Notes: generated by a model not told the origin, from the sequence alone. A stretch of DNA of 64,000 nt from Ostrea edulis (GCF_947568905.1 NC_079168.1:37572001-37636000), one strand, 5' to 3'. Shown: positions 25,759 through 38,066, numbered from the stretch's first letter. Numbers and translations are program-made.

Positions 25759-27371
25759 AACACAAATGGAAAATATAGAATACAAATAAAATATTATACA
25801 ATAGAAATAGAAAATATTAAATATTGCAACGTTTAACATACCATAGGTGAATGCAGTTAGACATTGTCATGTTACATCATAGCTCAATATATCATCTCTA
25901 TGTTTTCAAATGACTTCATATTATATCATTTCATTCATATATTATTAAAAGGTGTTTCAGCCTTTGTGTGAAGAGAGTATAAATAGGCATTGCCTGTTGC
26001 CCGATCCTATTCTTTTGAATAATTAGTGTTTAAATTTAAAATCTACGTTATAAAACAAATGTATGCGACCAGAAGATATATAAAATCTAAAACATATCAG
26101 CATTTTGAAGAGTAGTTGGGTCTTGCGCTCTTACAATCTAATTAGAATTATATCCTTTGATCCACTCGCCTAGCTCACCACACAAGGGTGGTTTGATTAA
26201 ATCGCTCTTACTGGATGGAAATATGCATTAACCTGAAGTGTGGATTCAACTTAACCGTGCTGTTTTACACCAGGTCGTGTCACAAGTTTCTCGGATATGA
26301 TTTTGCCTAGGATATGTTTTAGTTTTACAATACTTAATTTGACCCCCCCCCCTTTTTTTTTTTACCATATTACCGCGAAAGGGACCAAATTAAGACGGTG
26401 TGAAAATTGGAAATACATACTGAAGATGTTTTATTCTATTTACATAGATTTGAATTGAACTTGATTACTTGTACTCCTAAGATAGAACGACATGCATCAT
26501 TTGGTGAATAGTGTCATTTTGATATACACATAGGTTTGTTTTCACTTAGCATATTTCAGAAATGGTTCCTGGTTTACATATCTACAATTTTTCTAATTAA
26601 ATAAAAAGTGTATATTTGTTATGTACATTTACGTGTCTTTTAAGTATGTATTTGTTATGTACATTTTACTTATTTATTGTTTACAAGTACTATGAACTAA
26701 TGATCCTACTTTAAGTTTTATCATCGTACTTCTCAAAAGTAGAATCCTAGATTCCGGTCGTAGGTTCGCATCTCGATTAAGATCTGAGCTTTTTCTTTTA
26801 AATATATGTACTTACTATTCCTTCGTCAAACACTCGGTATTGAAATGATGAACCCTTTACCGGTAAATAATTTTTGATAAAAAAAACAAACCAAAAACTG
26901 TATCCATGATAGATCCCCCACGTTCTAAATTTAGCACTCTATCTATATAGTCAGTGTCGCCGATAAGAGCGAAACATTCTCGCTGGCACGTAAACTGGCA
27001 GCGCTCTGACTGTAGGGATATAGTGGTGGACACTGCCGCCATAACATGTCAGACGTGTAATTACACTACATGCTGCATTATACTATATGACGCCCTATAC
27101 TATGATATATATGGGTGTGTTTATTCAGCAATCAGGGGGGACGTACTAATAAAATATAATATGTGTTATGAATGAGTTTCCACATTGGTCTGAAATTGGA
27201 TTATGGAAATCATTGAAGATGAACGATACTTGAAAGATTCAATATGGGAAGAAAAATTATAATCCAGTATAAAAAGGTGGCTGGCATACTGAGAGTATCG
27301 AGGGATGGTGCCTGTGTACAGTCTATTTAATTACAGTATTTTATTATGTATAACATAATAGGATTAGACAG

Positions 27372-27438
27372 CAGGCAGAGCCTATCTTAAGATACAAGTA
27401 GTGACAGGCAGAGCCTATCTTAAGATACAAGTAGTGAC
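27372..27438. repeat. Perfect 33-bp tandem duplication
   Basis: CAGGCAGAGCCTATCTTAAGATACAAGTAGTGA twice, starting at 27372 and 27405. Confidence 0.95.
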
Positions 27439-29494
27439 CACATAATAATAATTACAACGTATATGATAATTGATCATAGTGTCAGTCAATGAGACTGGGG
27501 GTCTAGTACTCTGAATAGTCAAGACAAAAATACAGTATAATATCACTCTCTCGGAAAGCCTTTCCTCGTCCTCGGTAATGCTGACAAAGAAAGTTGATAG
27601 AGAATAAGACTGCGTTTCATTGACTAGACATGATCAGTAATACATACCATACACTCATGTTGAAATTTCATACTCTTTGTACGCATTGTCAATGAAAATA
27701 CGTCATCATTGTTACCACTTGGTATTTCTCTCCGATAAAAGACTGTTATTTCAATTAATAGTATAACCATTAGATGTTTAATTGTTCGTACAGGACAGCT
27801 AATCTATAAGTTGGTTAATGAAACTAGGAGTTCTTCAATATTTTATAAGGATCTTGGTTCCGACCAGTTCAGTAACATGGGTGTTGACAAATTCGGACAA
27901 GGACGGCTGTACTTTATATTCTGTTCCAAGATTATTTATATATGTCATAACGCAACACATCTGGTGTTTCCAGGCAATAAAGAAACACTTATTCAAAATT
28001 CATTATTTAATTCACCCATTTTTCTTCGGCAAAATGGGTTTATAGGTAAAAATAATAAATAATTAAATCACAACTCAGCTGTACGAGATTGCACGGATAC
28101 AATTCGTTGTGTATTGGGTTTGTGTACTTTAGGAAGATGCGTTTTATATAGTTTTGATCACGCTCTCTAAGTGCGAAAGCATTTGAATCCAATGAAGCGA
28201 CATCGATCTTCTCTTTTGTCGCGATAACCCCTAAGACTTTCTTCAAGAAGTTCGGCAATAACGCGAGTACAAACAAATTACGCCACATCGAGCATGCTGG
28301 AGGGAGGATCGCGTAAAATAAAACAATCTGGAAACAATCAAGAATCGCGACCAAAACGTCGTATCGTGTTTTGTGTGTACAAGAGCCCCCAAACGTTTTC
28401 CCACGCCCGTTAACCAATCAGACCACTGAGACGAAGTTCTGCAGACTTTGAAACACAAAAACAAACTGCATGCAGGATGTGCACAGACGGCAATAGCAGT
28501 TGTGTTTATGTGATGCTTATTCCGATATATTTTCTTAATGGCGTTCAAATATCTCTGTACATTTTCTGAGAAATTGAGTCCATCGTTTAAAAAAATCCAA
28601 CAAGAGAAATAGTTCTTGGCATGCTCTTTTTAATTTCTCCTCCACAAGTATCAGATTTAAGGTAATCATCTCTTAGGTTGGATTATCACAGCAGTATTAT
28701 CTCCCCTTGTTATCTTAGGAACAATGATCATCGCGCATGTCACGGAGACCACATGGCCATATGCCACTTACGACAGTACTATCTATCTGCATTTCTTTCC
28801 TTTTGGCATTGTCATGAAGCAGTTGTGACCTGTTCAGTACCTGTTGTGTTGTAAAATGTAGATTAAGTGATAAGGACTTGTTATGGACGCTAGGGGTACT
28901 GCTCCACCACACAGTGTACGTAACCATTGTTAAGAGATCCCCGTCAACATACTCCTTCCTTTTCATAAGTAGATAGTGGGAATACATTTTTAATTTGTAC
29001 TGAATGAACATTTTCATTTGCCCCGTTATTGTTTCAAATTTAACCACACTTTGTCAAATTTTATATACTATGAATAATGAAATAAAGTTTATCATGTGTA
29101 CAGATCACGGAGGGCATAAAACACTCCCAACTATCATCAAATTTTTTAAAAACGTTGCATGTAATTTCTTCATGATTCTTTACAATGAAAATGTTTCAAT
29201 AGGCAACGAACGAATATGCAAGAGTACTTATAAATAAATATGCATGCTTGATAAGACAGCACATATTCTTTCTCACCCTCTGGTTTTTTTTTAACCTGTA
29301 TATCAAATTTTAAAAACAATGCTGTTCATAGAACTATGGTACTATAAGTATATTATGGTAGCGAGTAAGAAATTCTAGGTATCATCAACAGGTTTTGTCA
29401 TAAGAAAATATCAAGCAACATGTATCTTCTGACGGATCCAAAAAATGTTCAAAGGGGTTGGTGGTTGCGATCCAGGATAATACCTTTTCCGCCC

Positions 29495-29584
29495 CTAAAG
29501 GGGATCTGTCTCCAAAGGGGAGTCTAAAGAGGATCCGTCTCCAAAGGGGAGTCTAAAGAGGATCCGCCTCCGAAGGGGAGTCTA
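29495..29584. repeat. 29-bp tandem repeat, about 3 copies, probably inside a decayed GC-rich MITE (about 29428-29728)
   Basis: GGATCCGTCTCCAAAGGGGAGTCTAAAGA at 29502, 29531, 29560; flanks gacggatcca... and ...cctgccactg resemble cagtggcggat-type MITE ends. Confidence 0.85.
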
Positions 29585-32500
29585 GCGAGTATGCAACCCA
29601 AGATGGCAGCTTTCCCAATCTAAAAGGGACGTTTCAGACTCCAAAATGACAGAAAATAACTGTTTTGTTAACATTTTGCAAATAAGGAAGGGGTGCAACC
29701 CCCTACTCCCTCTCTAAACCTGCCACTGGCATCACCTATATTTGATATGACATGGTAAATGTTTTTGTTGTTGTTGTTTTTACATAATATTTATCGTAGA
29801 GGGCGGTTGTAGCAGACAGTGCCTATACATACCTTCTCCATACAGAAGTCAATAATATCAATTATGCTTTCATAGCTGAAACGTTTTAAAGAATTTTAAA
29901 AACATTGAGATTGTTAGTGAGGGGTGATATTTTAGTGACATAGAATTTCAATGAGAAAGAGAGCGAAAAGAAAAGGAAGAAAGAAATATAGGGAGTGGTT
30001 CTTGCATAAAATACAACTATGAATCATAAGACTCTATAGATGACACTGTAAATATTTCAACACTCTAAACTACTAATTTCTTCTAAAGGTATTCTAAGTT
30101 GTAATAATAAGAGTCATATGTTATCTTCCATATAAAACCACAGAAAATGTTATGTGTCGATCGCGTCACAATCCTGTAAATTTCCATCGTAAAACACATA
30201 AATCTAACATTAATTTTTGCCAGATAGATAAGGTTGGAAAATCTTGTAGGGCATATACATTAAATAGTAAAGTCTTAGTAATAAAATGAATTAAAATATC
30301 GCACAGGAGATTACAATGAAGGATTTCTCCCCATATCAATTGCCGAATTGTCTGTCTCCGTCATGGCAGGCGTAATTAATTGCATTGAAAATTTGTGTTC
30401 TCGAAATTTAAGACTATCAAAACGATCTGCATGATAATCTATCAACTTGTAGAATATATTTTTAGGGTTGTCATATTTCACTGAAAATTGTACATTACGC
30501 AACATCTGACATCTATAGGGTGATGTAAATATTGACATACTTAACGATGACTGATGGTCGATAAATACATACTCCATGTTTTCACACTAAAGGATAACAA
30601 TTTCATTCTATCCCAAAACATCTTGTCATTATAGCTTTGTTGTAGATTATCGGAGGTGGCACTAATCGGCCATTCTTATCTAGCTTTTAGCATAATATTG
30701 AAGGACATTTTTATTGAAAAAAATAACAATAACCTGGAAGGCTTCTAGATACGCAATAGCAACACATGGGTGTCATGTTTCATTAAAACATTCGCACATT
30801 TTCTTTAACAGAAACACAAATATTTTGCTAATTTGACAGTTTGTCCTTTTCTTGGAGAAATACTAAATTAGTTATATTGCACTCAGCGATGTGAAATCTT
30901 TCGCTTCCTAGTTTTCGAATAATTCAGATTTTAAATTTCTATGTAGTTTTTCCTCCAAAATGTGATAATTTACCGAGACGATTCGGCCCAAGGCTAGGAA
31001 ATTTAGTAAGTCTTTTTGCAGTTCATTTGCTTATTTGAAAAAAAATTGACAAGTACTTGTTATTATGCTATGGACGTTGTATATGCTGGTGTCAATTTCC
31101 CTACACCTATACAATTATCCAACTGCCAGGCATGTCCAATTATCTATCAATTAAGTGTATATTGCATCAATTACTCCGCTTGCCGGCAACTGCTGGAAAT
31201 TCATGGGGCTCATTTCGCCAGGATTAGTTTAACCTGCTTTATCGTGTTTCCTTGGTGTAATTCCTTTAACATGTGCATGTTAAATAGAAAGAAATGAACA
31301 GGTTCCTGGTCATCAATTGCATTCACAACGTGGGAATATTTCATGTAACATTTCTTATTGAATAACAGTAAAAAATATATTCACAATTAGACAACAGTAC
31401 TCAATTTTTCCTCGCTTTCCACGTGTTACTTCAGCGGAAGTTTTTTTTTTGTTTGCTCTATTTTCCAAATAGCATTTCATCATCAAAATTAACTAAAACA
31501 ATTACATTCATTAGCAAAAATCATGTTACTTTGGGAATTACATCCCCAATTATGGAATAATCAGCGAAAGAGGGAGAGGGAAAAAAAGTTAAACGAAATA
31601 ATTGTGAGACATCGATTAACATATAATCCGGCTTTACTTGATAATTATCATTCTAGCTGATTCTCACTAACATGAAAATATTTTATTTGTGTTTGTAGAG
31701 CGCCGCGGAAAACGGTTTAGTTATGTGGTTCTTTTTAAGCATTTACATCAAGCACTTGCCGCGTCTGCCACCGCCGTGCGTGTTAATGGAAAGATGCGGC
31801 ATCAACATTTAACGTGAGCTTTGAAGCCATTCTTCTAATATGCATTCTTAACAGTTTTTCCTCGTCTTTTATTTGAAGGTGTGGTATACGGATATTAACG
31901 TATCGATCATAAATTACTTCACTGTCTAGTGTTTAGTTTTATTTTAGAGTTATCACCCTTTGGCCAAATTTTTTAATTTTATTAGACGTAATGTCACCGA
32001 TGACGAGGATTCAAGTTGAACGATGTAAATATGGTCAACATTTTTTTTTTGCACCACAGGCTAGCACACCCGTAGGGCCATTGATATAGATTAACACATG
32101 TACATGTGACTAAATGAACGCCATTAATCTTCATTACTATTGACAAGTTTTAAAAAAGATTTCAGGTTACTCATAGCATAACAGGTCAATTAGCTGATAT
32201 AGCCAACGAAAAACTAGGAGAGCACAGCTAATGAGTTTTTATGCGTGTCATGTGCATGGTATTCAAAAAAGGATAATTTCATGAATATTTATAATTAATC
32301 ACGTTAGCGGTGAATTTACACCACGCCGAGTTCTCTGCATTCATTTTCTTTGTGGAGAATTGAAACCCCACTTTTGACAACTGAAATCTATTACGTTTCT
32401 CGTCCTGAAGTTATGACAAAACATTGTATTCATAGCTACTTTGGCAAGTACCCTTTAGCGGAATCACACCAAAATACTGTTTTCCTGGAGAGATAGATAA

Positions 32501-33433
32501 ATGAAATAACTTCACTAAATACTACAGGGCTCCCAGCAGATAATAGAGGACAGTGAGAAGGGTGGATGTTAAACTTGACATATGAAAGGGGATTTAGTTT
32601 GTTTATTATCATATACCGGCAAATCTCAGTGGTGGATCAAGCGACAATGGGATTCAGTGATAATTCATAATCACCTGGTTTCATGACACTTACCTGGGAT
32701 TTTGATAATGAATTGGCAGAATTTGTACCTAGAAAATATACACCGGTGTCATCGTAACAACTAACGGTAGAATTCACAAACAGCTGACATGCGGATGAAG
32801 CTTATAATTCTTAAGTTGCTTCTCTTATCAAGAAAAGGATTTTCTATTTAATTCGCAGTGTTTACATGCTTCTTGTCTACGAACCCAGTAAAACTCATTT
32901 TCATTGTCTCCCTAAATAATGCAGAACTGTGGAAACTGTAATTATATTTGAGTAACTATGAAGGGTCATAGTAATTACATAATAGGCCTTTAGGGGACAT
33001 CCTTCGGGTATATATTGTCTCAATCAAAATGCATTTACTATCATAAGCGCCGACCATAAGTTGATGATAATTGACTTCCAATACGAACAGGGACTTTTGA
33101 GTGCTATATTACCGTACCTCCGAAACCCAACTAACAGGTAAACGCGGGTTTGTTTACATAAAAACTTCTTTTGAGTGAAACACCCGGTGCTTAATGTCAT
33201 TATTTATTTAATATATGAGTTTGTTGTTAAAAAAATAACCCTCAAAACAACGTGTTTTTATTACTGAATCTATATTAGGTCTGAAAACAATACAAGACAC
33301 ATCATCACATTTGCATACCTGTGTGTGTGTGTACAAATTTTATCAATATGATAAACACATAAAGTCACACCATAATACATATGAACCTTTGAACGTCTAG
33401 AATGAAAATCGTACGGATCGTCTCACTGCAATA

Positions 33434-33800
33434 TCTATATAGGTATAACGCCATGACAATTTGGCGGGAAGTGTACCGTGGTGTAGGGAATTTTCCCGCG
33501 AATTATCGAGAGACCCCTCATAATTTTTTTATGTCATTATAAATCTAAGTACTGCTAACTATAATATGTAAATGATCAAAATATTTAATTTGATTTAAAT
33601 ACAAAACTTGTTAATTCTGTGTTTCATAAGGTATTTTTACCTATTTTACTAAATATAAGTGAGGGGTACTTTACCAATGAATTGTTATTCATCGACCAAT
33701 CGTCGGCAATCTACGCGTCACTGACTGATTTAACTTGTTGAGTGACGTCGCCTCGTGTAATTAAGCTCCGCCCACTAGCCTAGATATACATAAATACTTC
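33434..33800 (+). promoter_or_regulatory. Proximal promoter of the ZFP36/Tis11-family gene
   Basis: TATA-like CATAAATA 33789-33796; GC box CCGCCC 33768-33773; CRE-like TGACGTCG 33743-33750 and CGTCA 33716-33720; CCAAT at 33674 and 33696; GGGAATTTTCCC (Rel/NF-kB-like) 33486-33497; TTTGGCGGGAA (E2F-like) 33460-33470; CArG-like TCTATATAGG 33434-33443. Confidence 0.7.
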
Positions 33801-33891
33801 GTTTGCGCGATTTGAGCAACATACAACATTTAAACAACTACAAGGAAAGACGCAAAACTTTGGATTGTTAATTTAGTAAAACGACTTCAAC

Positions 33892-35293
33892 ATGTCGACA
33901 GAGCTGTATCCATCAGCTTTCTATGATGTTGGGGATTTAATTTATAAACAGGTAATTATTACGATATGTACTCATATTGATTTTATGTTAAAAACCTTGT
34001 GTGGATTGATGGTGTAAGTTTAGGAAGTTTTGACACGGTCATGCGACTTTCACTTTATTGGGGAAAGCCGGTATATAGTATCATTGCATGTAATAATGGA
34101 TTTGACTAAGTTGTACTGAAATATCCTTCTAGTATTTAATGTCAATCTTCACTTTGCAGAATAAAAAGAATTTGATGAAGAACCAGATGAACGAGAGACG
34201 CGCTACGGTCACGGCAGCCACCATGTCGGCTACTGTTGTCAAAGCTAGGACCATGTCAACGAATTCCTTCATTCCGATCGGGGGTCAGGTTCCCTTGTCT
34301 GTATCCTCTCCGGGTAGCGAGTCGTGTCTCGTAAACAACCAGGAATCCCTCCATCGTAAACTGGACAGAAGTATGAGTGAACCAGGTGCTACATTAAATT
34401 CAACCACAGCTAGACAAACTCAAAATGTGAATTCAAGTCGTTACAAAACGGAATTATGCCGTCCATTCGAAGAGAGTGGCCACTGTAAATACGGTGACAA
34501 ATGTCAGTTTGCCCATGGTGCTCACGAACTTCGAAACTTGAATCGCCATCCCAAATACAAAACGGAACTGTGCCGTACATTCCACACTATTGGATTTTGT
34601 CCATATGGACCTAGATGTCACTTCATTCACAACGACGAGGAGAGAAATCAGAATGTCAACAAGAATCACCCCGCAATGATGACCGCATCCACAACAGTTC
34701 AGCAACAAAATATCCCGTCTCACATGGACCAGTTATCTCAGGTTAAGCGCCCAACGAATTTCAGTTCTAGTTTCAATGGATCTCTAGGTTCTAGTTCCGA
34801 ATCGCTTTCATCCAGTGCAAGTGACTCTCCGAGCCTTAGTCCCATTTTCTGGGGCAACGATGACATTTTCAGGGATATTTCTTCATCCTCGCAGTATTCC
34901 AGTAGTGGATCTAGCAGCCCGGTGTTCGATTATTCGGCGGATCCTGCTTCTTCGTTGGCGGCTAGTCTCCTTACTCCGTTGAATGTGCAAACCGCCGCCA
35001 CCGCCAATCAAAATCTCGCCTCGGAAATTAACATTCTTCAACAGCAGATCAATGTTATTATGAATCTTTCTAACCAATGCAATAATAACCCTAATGTGTT
35101 CGATACAGCCACCACGTGGGATCTCGCGCGCCCTGCGCCTCATTCCCCTCCCGACAGCATTTCGGGGGACAGTCTCGGCAGTGCGTCTAGCTCCAGTGGG
35201 AGCTGTGGAAGCATAAACACTTGTGGCTCTCCGCTGGACGTAAGCAAGTCGTTGCGTCTTCCCATCTTCAACAAACTTTCTCATGATGATTAA
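33892..35293 (+). CDS. ZFP36L1: mRNA decay activator, tristetraprolin/TIS11 family (ZFP36L1/L2-like), 397 aa; exons 33892-33951 and 34160-35293
   Basis: Exon 1 [20 protein letters not shown] resembles the ZFP36L1 N-terminus. Tandem CCCH fingers [26 protein letters not shown] and [26 protein letters not shown] with the 18-aa linker. SPPDS motif. C-terminal CNOT1-binding [12 protein letters not shown]. Phase-0 GT-AG intron joins the exons in frame. The symbol denotes family similarity; the gene is probably co-orthologous to vertebrate ZFP36, ZFP36L1 and ZFP36L2. Confidence 0.96.
33952..34159 (+). other. 208-bp phase-0 intron of the ZFP36-family gene
   Basis: Donor CAG|GTAATT; acceptor cttcactttgcag|AAT. 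Its position after about 20 codons matches the single intron of vertebrate ZFP36-family genes. Confidence 0.9.
34046..34069. promoter_or_regulatory. Intronic IRF-E-like plus kB-like motif pair
   Basis: ACTTTCACTTT (reverse complement AAAGTGAAAGT) at 34046-34056 and GGGGAAAGCC at 34060-34069. Confidence 0.4.
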
Positions 35294-35719
35294 AGAGATT
35301 GAAACATTGATAGACTGAACTTCACATAAAGAAATCAAATTTGCCAAATAGACGGTTTACCGACTCAAATGCTTGACTTAAGTAATTGCAGGTTTTATGT
35401 CTGTCTTTCTGTTGCAAGACTCAAGGGAGAAAGCCTTGTTAAAAAAATTTCTGTTGAATTTTTTTGTTTGAATATGATACACAATTCTTGTATTTTTCAG
35501 GATTTGTACGGAAAGTTTGTGAATGTTTGAATGTTTTTGACAAAGTAGTTGAAATTGTTTAAACTATGCAAATTGTTGTTGTCCGAATTACTATAACTAG
35601 GTCACGCATGTGATCTGTGATTTTTGTGGGATCCAATTTTCATTTTTTCCCTCCAATTTCATTCTAAATCAATATCGTTGTGTTATGTAAACGGGAATCC
35701 ATTGTACCTTTTGCATGTC

Positions 35720-36069
35720 TATTTATTTTTCGCACAGATTTGGACAATTTGTGCTACATTCTATGGCATTTGCATTATATCGAATCATCACTCTCCGTTT
35801 AACTTATCAACTTATTTAATTCAAACTTTGTACTATTTCAGACAGTGACTATTATTTATTGATGCATCGTCACAGTTATTTAAGTTCACAATGTATGAGA
35901 GGTTCTACGGGAGTTATATGGATTGAGAGAAGAAAGTTTTATATCTATATATATTGTTTTTTTATTTCGTTAAATTATGATACAAAAGTCGCCAAAGATA
36001 TGGTTTATATGCACTTTTCATTCGAATGTTCATAAAATCCATATTGTGTATAATTCATTGTGTATTTAT
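35720..36069 (+). promoter_or_regulatory. AU-rich elements in the 3'UTR
   Basis: TTATTTATT 35852-35860, TTATTTAAT 35812-35820, TTATTTAA 35876-35883, TATTTAT at 35720-35726 and 36063-36069. Confidence 0.7.
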
Positions 36070-36103
36070 GGCCCAAGAAGGTCTATTTTTCATTTGAATG
36101 CCA

Positions 36104-36160
36104 ATTAAATTTAATGAAAGCTTTAATTATCTCAGTTTTATTTTAATGTTGGGTGTTTGA
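36104..36160 (+). terminator. Candidate polyadenylation signal
   Basis: ATTAAA at 36104-36109 followed by a U/GU-rich tract (ttttaatgttgggtgtttg, 36141-36159). Confidence 0.45.
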
Positions 36161-36489
36161 CCACCTGTTGGGTAAAGGTATTGGACTCATTTTGAGGCGG
36201 GACTTGGATCAGTTATATCCTCACTTTCACGGTCTAGTGACTCGGAATTGATTAAATTCTGTCAGTGGCGTGATACTGCATGGGAATTTCGTGTCGCATT
36301 GAACGACGGATGAAAAACGTTATGTAATGAAAGGGTGTTGAAAACATGAGTACAAAACGGTTAGGATTAAGGAAGAGATATAGTCTGGACTTCAAAAGTA
36401 TTTAAAAAGGGTACTCGTGTAACTTGTATGCACCGAATCTTAAAAATGAATCGTGGGAAACTTAAAGTTTATACACATGCTGATGAAAG

Positions 36490-36539
36490 TGACGTCACAT
36501 TTCATTCAAGTGTTTGTGTCTATTGACGTTTTGACGTCA
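36490..36539. promoter_or_regulatory. Pair of perfect CRE palindromes downstream of the gene
   Basis: TGACGTCA at 36490-36497 and 36532-36539, plus a TGACG half-site at 36524. Confidence 0.45.
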
Positions 36540-38064
36540 TGAATGAAATGGCCTTGGCACATCGATTAATTACTGAAAACATGAAAAATTAAGTCATACG
36601 ATAGCCATTTTCTTACATTAGATCTAATCTTTAGAGCAGCGAGATGTTCTAGCCATACTGTGTTTAGAGCGGAGATGAAATACTTGCTTATCTAAGAAAC
36701 CTTTGGACAAGCCGATTTGAGTTATCTAGAGCACACACTAAATGGAGAAATTCTGCTGAGAATTACAAAATGTACGTCACTGATTATCCCAATAGCAGAT
36801 ATACTCTGGAAACACTTTAAAAGGGTGTATTTTGTATTTCCTAAACAGATTTGCCCCCCGTTATACTAGAACCATAAATTCATGCAGAGCTGTGTAGCAG
36901 TTCTCTGGGAAATTGTTGGGACGAACCATTATGTACTTGTATAGGAGCTGCCTGGATTTACTAGTATTAACATATTAAGTGCGGTGCGTGTGTCTGTGTA
37001 TTTCAGAGAGCACGTGTCCTCGGTGACACGTGCGGGGGAAAATCGACCACAATCTACGAGATTCCCATGTAATGCATGTCTTTCTGAACAATAAGAAACA
37101 ATAAAGCTCGAATTCCAAAGATATGATTTACCTATTTACAATTATTAAATATTGTTCATAGTTTAAATGACTATTCATCGTATTGCACAATAGTCGCAGA
37201 ATAAACTTCGCCGGGGCTTTGGATGTTACTCCTAACCGACTTTAAATAATAAAATGTTTAGGACTTCAAACGAATGGTGAAGAAGAATACAAGTAGATTC
37301 AATGACTTGGGATCAAGTCAAGTCACACTAACACATCGTTTAAATTGTGGGGGACACGATACAAATTTTGTTACCCCCCCCCCCCCTTCTTTTTCTTTAA
37401 AAGAGTTAAGAATAAGGGTCGAATTAAAAAAAATAAAAATGAACAAATAACCCAAATAAAAATGAATTATAAGAATATACCCCGTTGATATCGGAACTTT
37501 GTATGCTACGCACAAAACAAATGTCTTATTTGTTTCCCATGATTATCTGACGTTTTGTGCTAGATAAAGAAACTTTAAATGGCCTTTGATGAATGGAGAC
37601 AGTTACTTTGCAGTTTAGAACAAAAACTGAGCCCACACACGTAAGTATATATGGTGTACTGGTGGCCACGCTGACATGCTATTCAACAAAAGATCTTCTC
37701 CCGATCTTGTCTCCATTGAAATGATGAGGAGATGAAATGCACTCGGGAACAGCCAGTTGTTCGTCGAATCGACTCCCGGGACTCGGAAAGGAAATGAGAT
37801 GCGACAAAAGTTAATTTCTCAGGCTAAAACGAATGTGACGGACCCTAGAAACCTTATGAGAGGGAGTATAGGCTAGGCGTCCCTTAGATACATTGCTTTA
37901 TAAATATAAGACAAATTCCTTCAATTTTTCACATTGTTTTCCGTAACCGAATAATTATTAATACAATTCATTTCTACCACTCGATCGGGCACATGTTTCC
38001 TTTGAATGTGCTTCACCATAAACTACTTGTTTCGTATTGTATGTCGTGCGATAGGGCCTATATG

Positions 38065-38066
<2 letters not shown>

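Larger units (their letters stand above)
23907..25845. mobile_element. Foldback (FB/Mutator-like) element with long subrepeat-containing TIRs; right arm expanded
   Basis: Left arm 23907-~24240 is the reverse complement of right-arm segments ~24446-24510 and ~25455-25845. Termini TATGG...CCATA. Flanking GGTGATGCA (23898-23906) and GGTGAATGCA (25846-25855). Confidence 0.8.

Noticed and set aside
34139-34159. ATG at 34139 as the start of the 384-aa ORF
   Set aside because: It lies in the intron's polypyrimidine/acceptor region; the upstream exon at 33892-33951 gives the family-typical N-terminus and canonical splice sites.
34454-35347. Antisense ORFs of 89 and 154 aa
   Set aside because: Shadow frames of the ZFP36-family CDS with no recognisable features.
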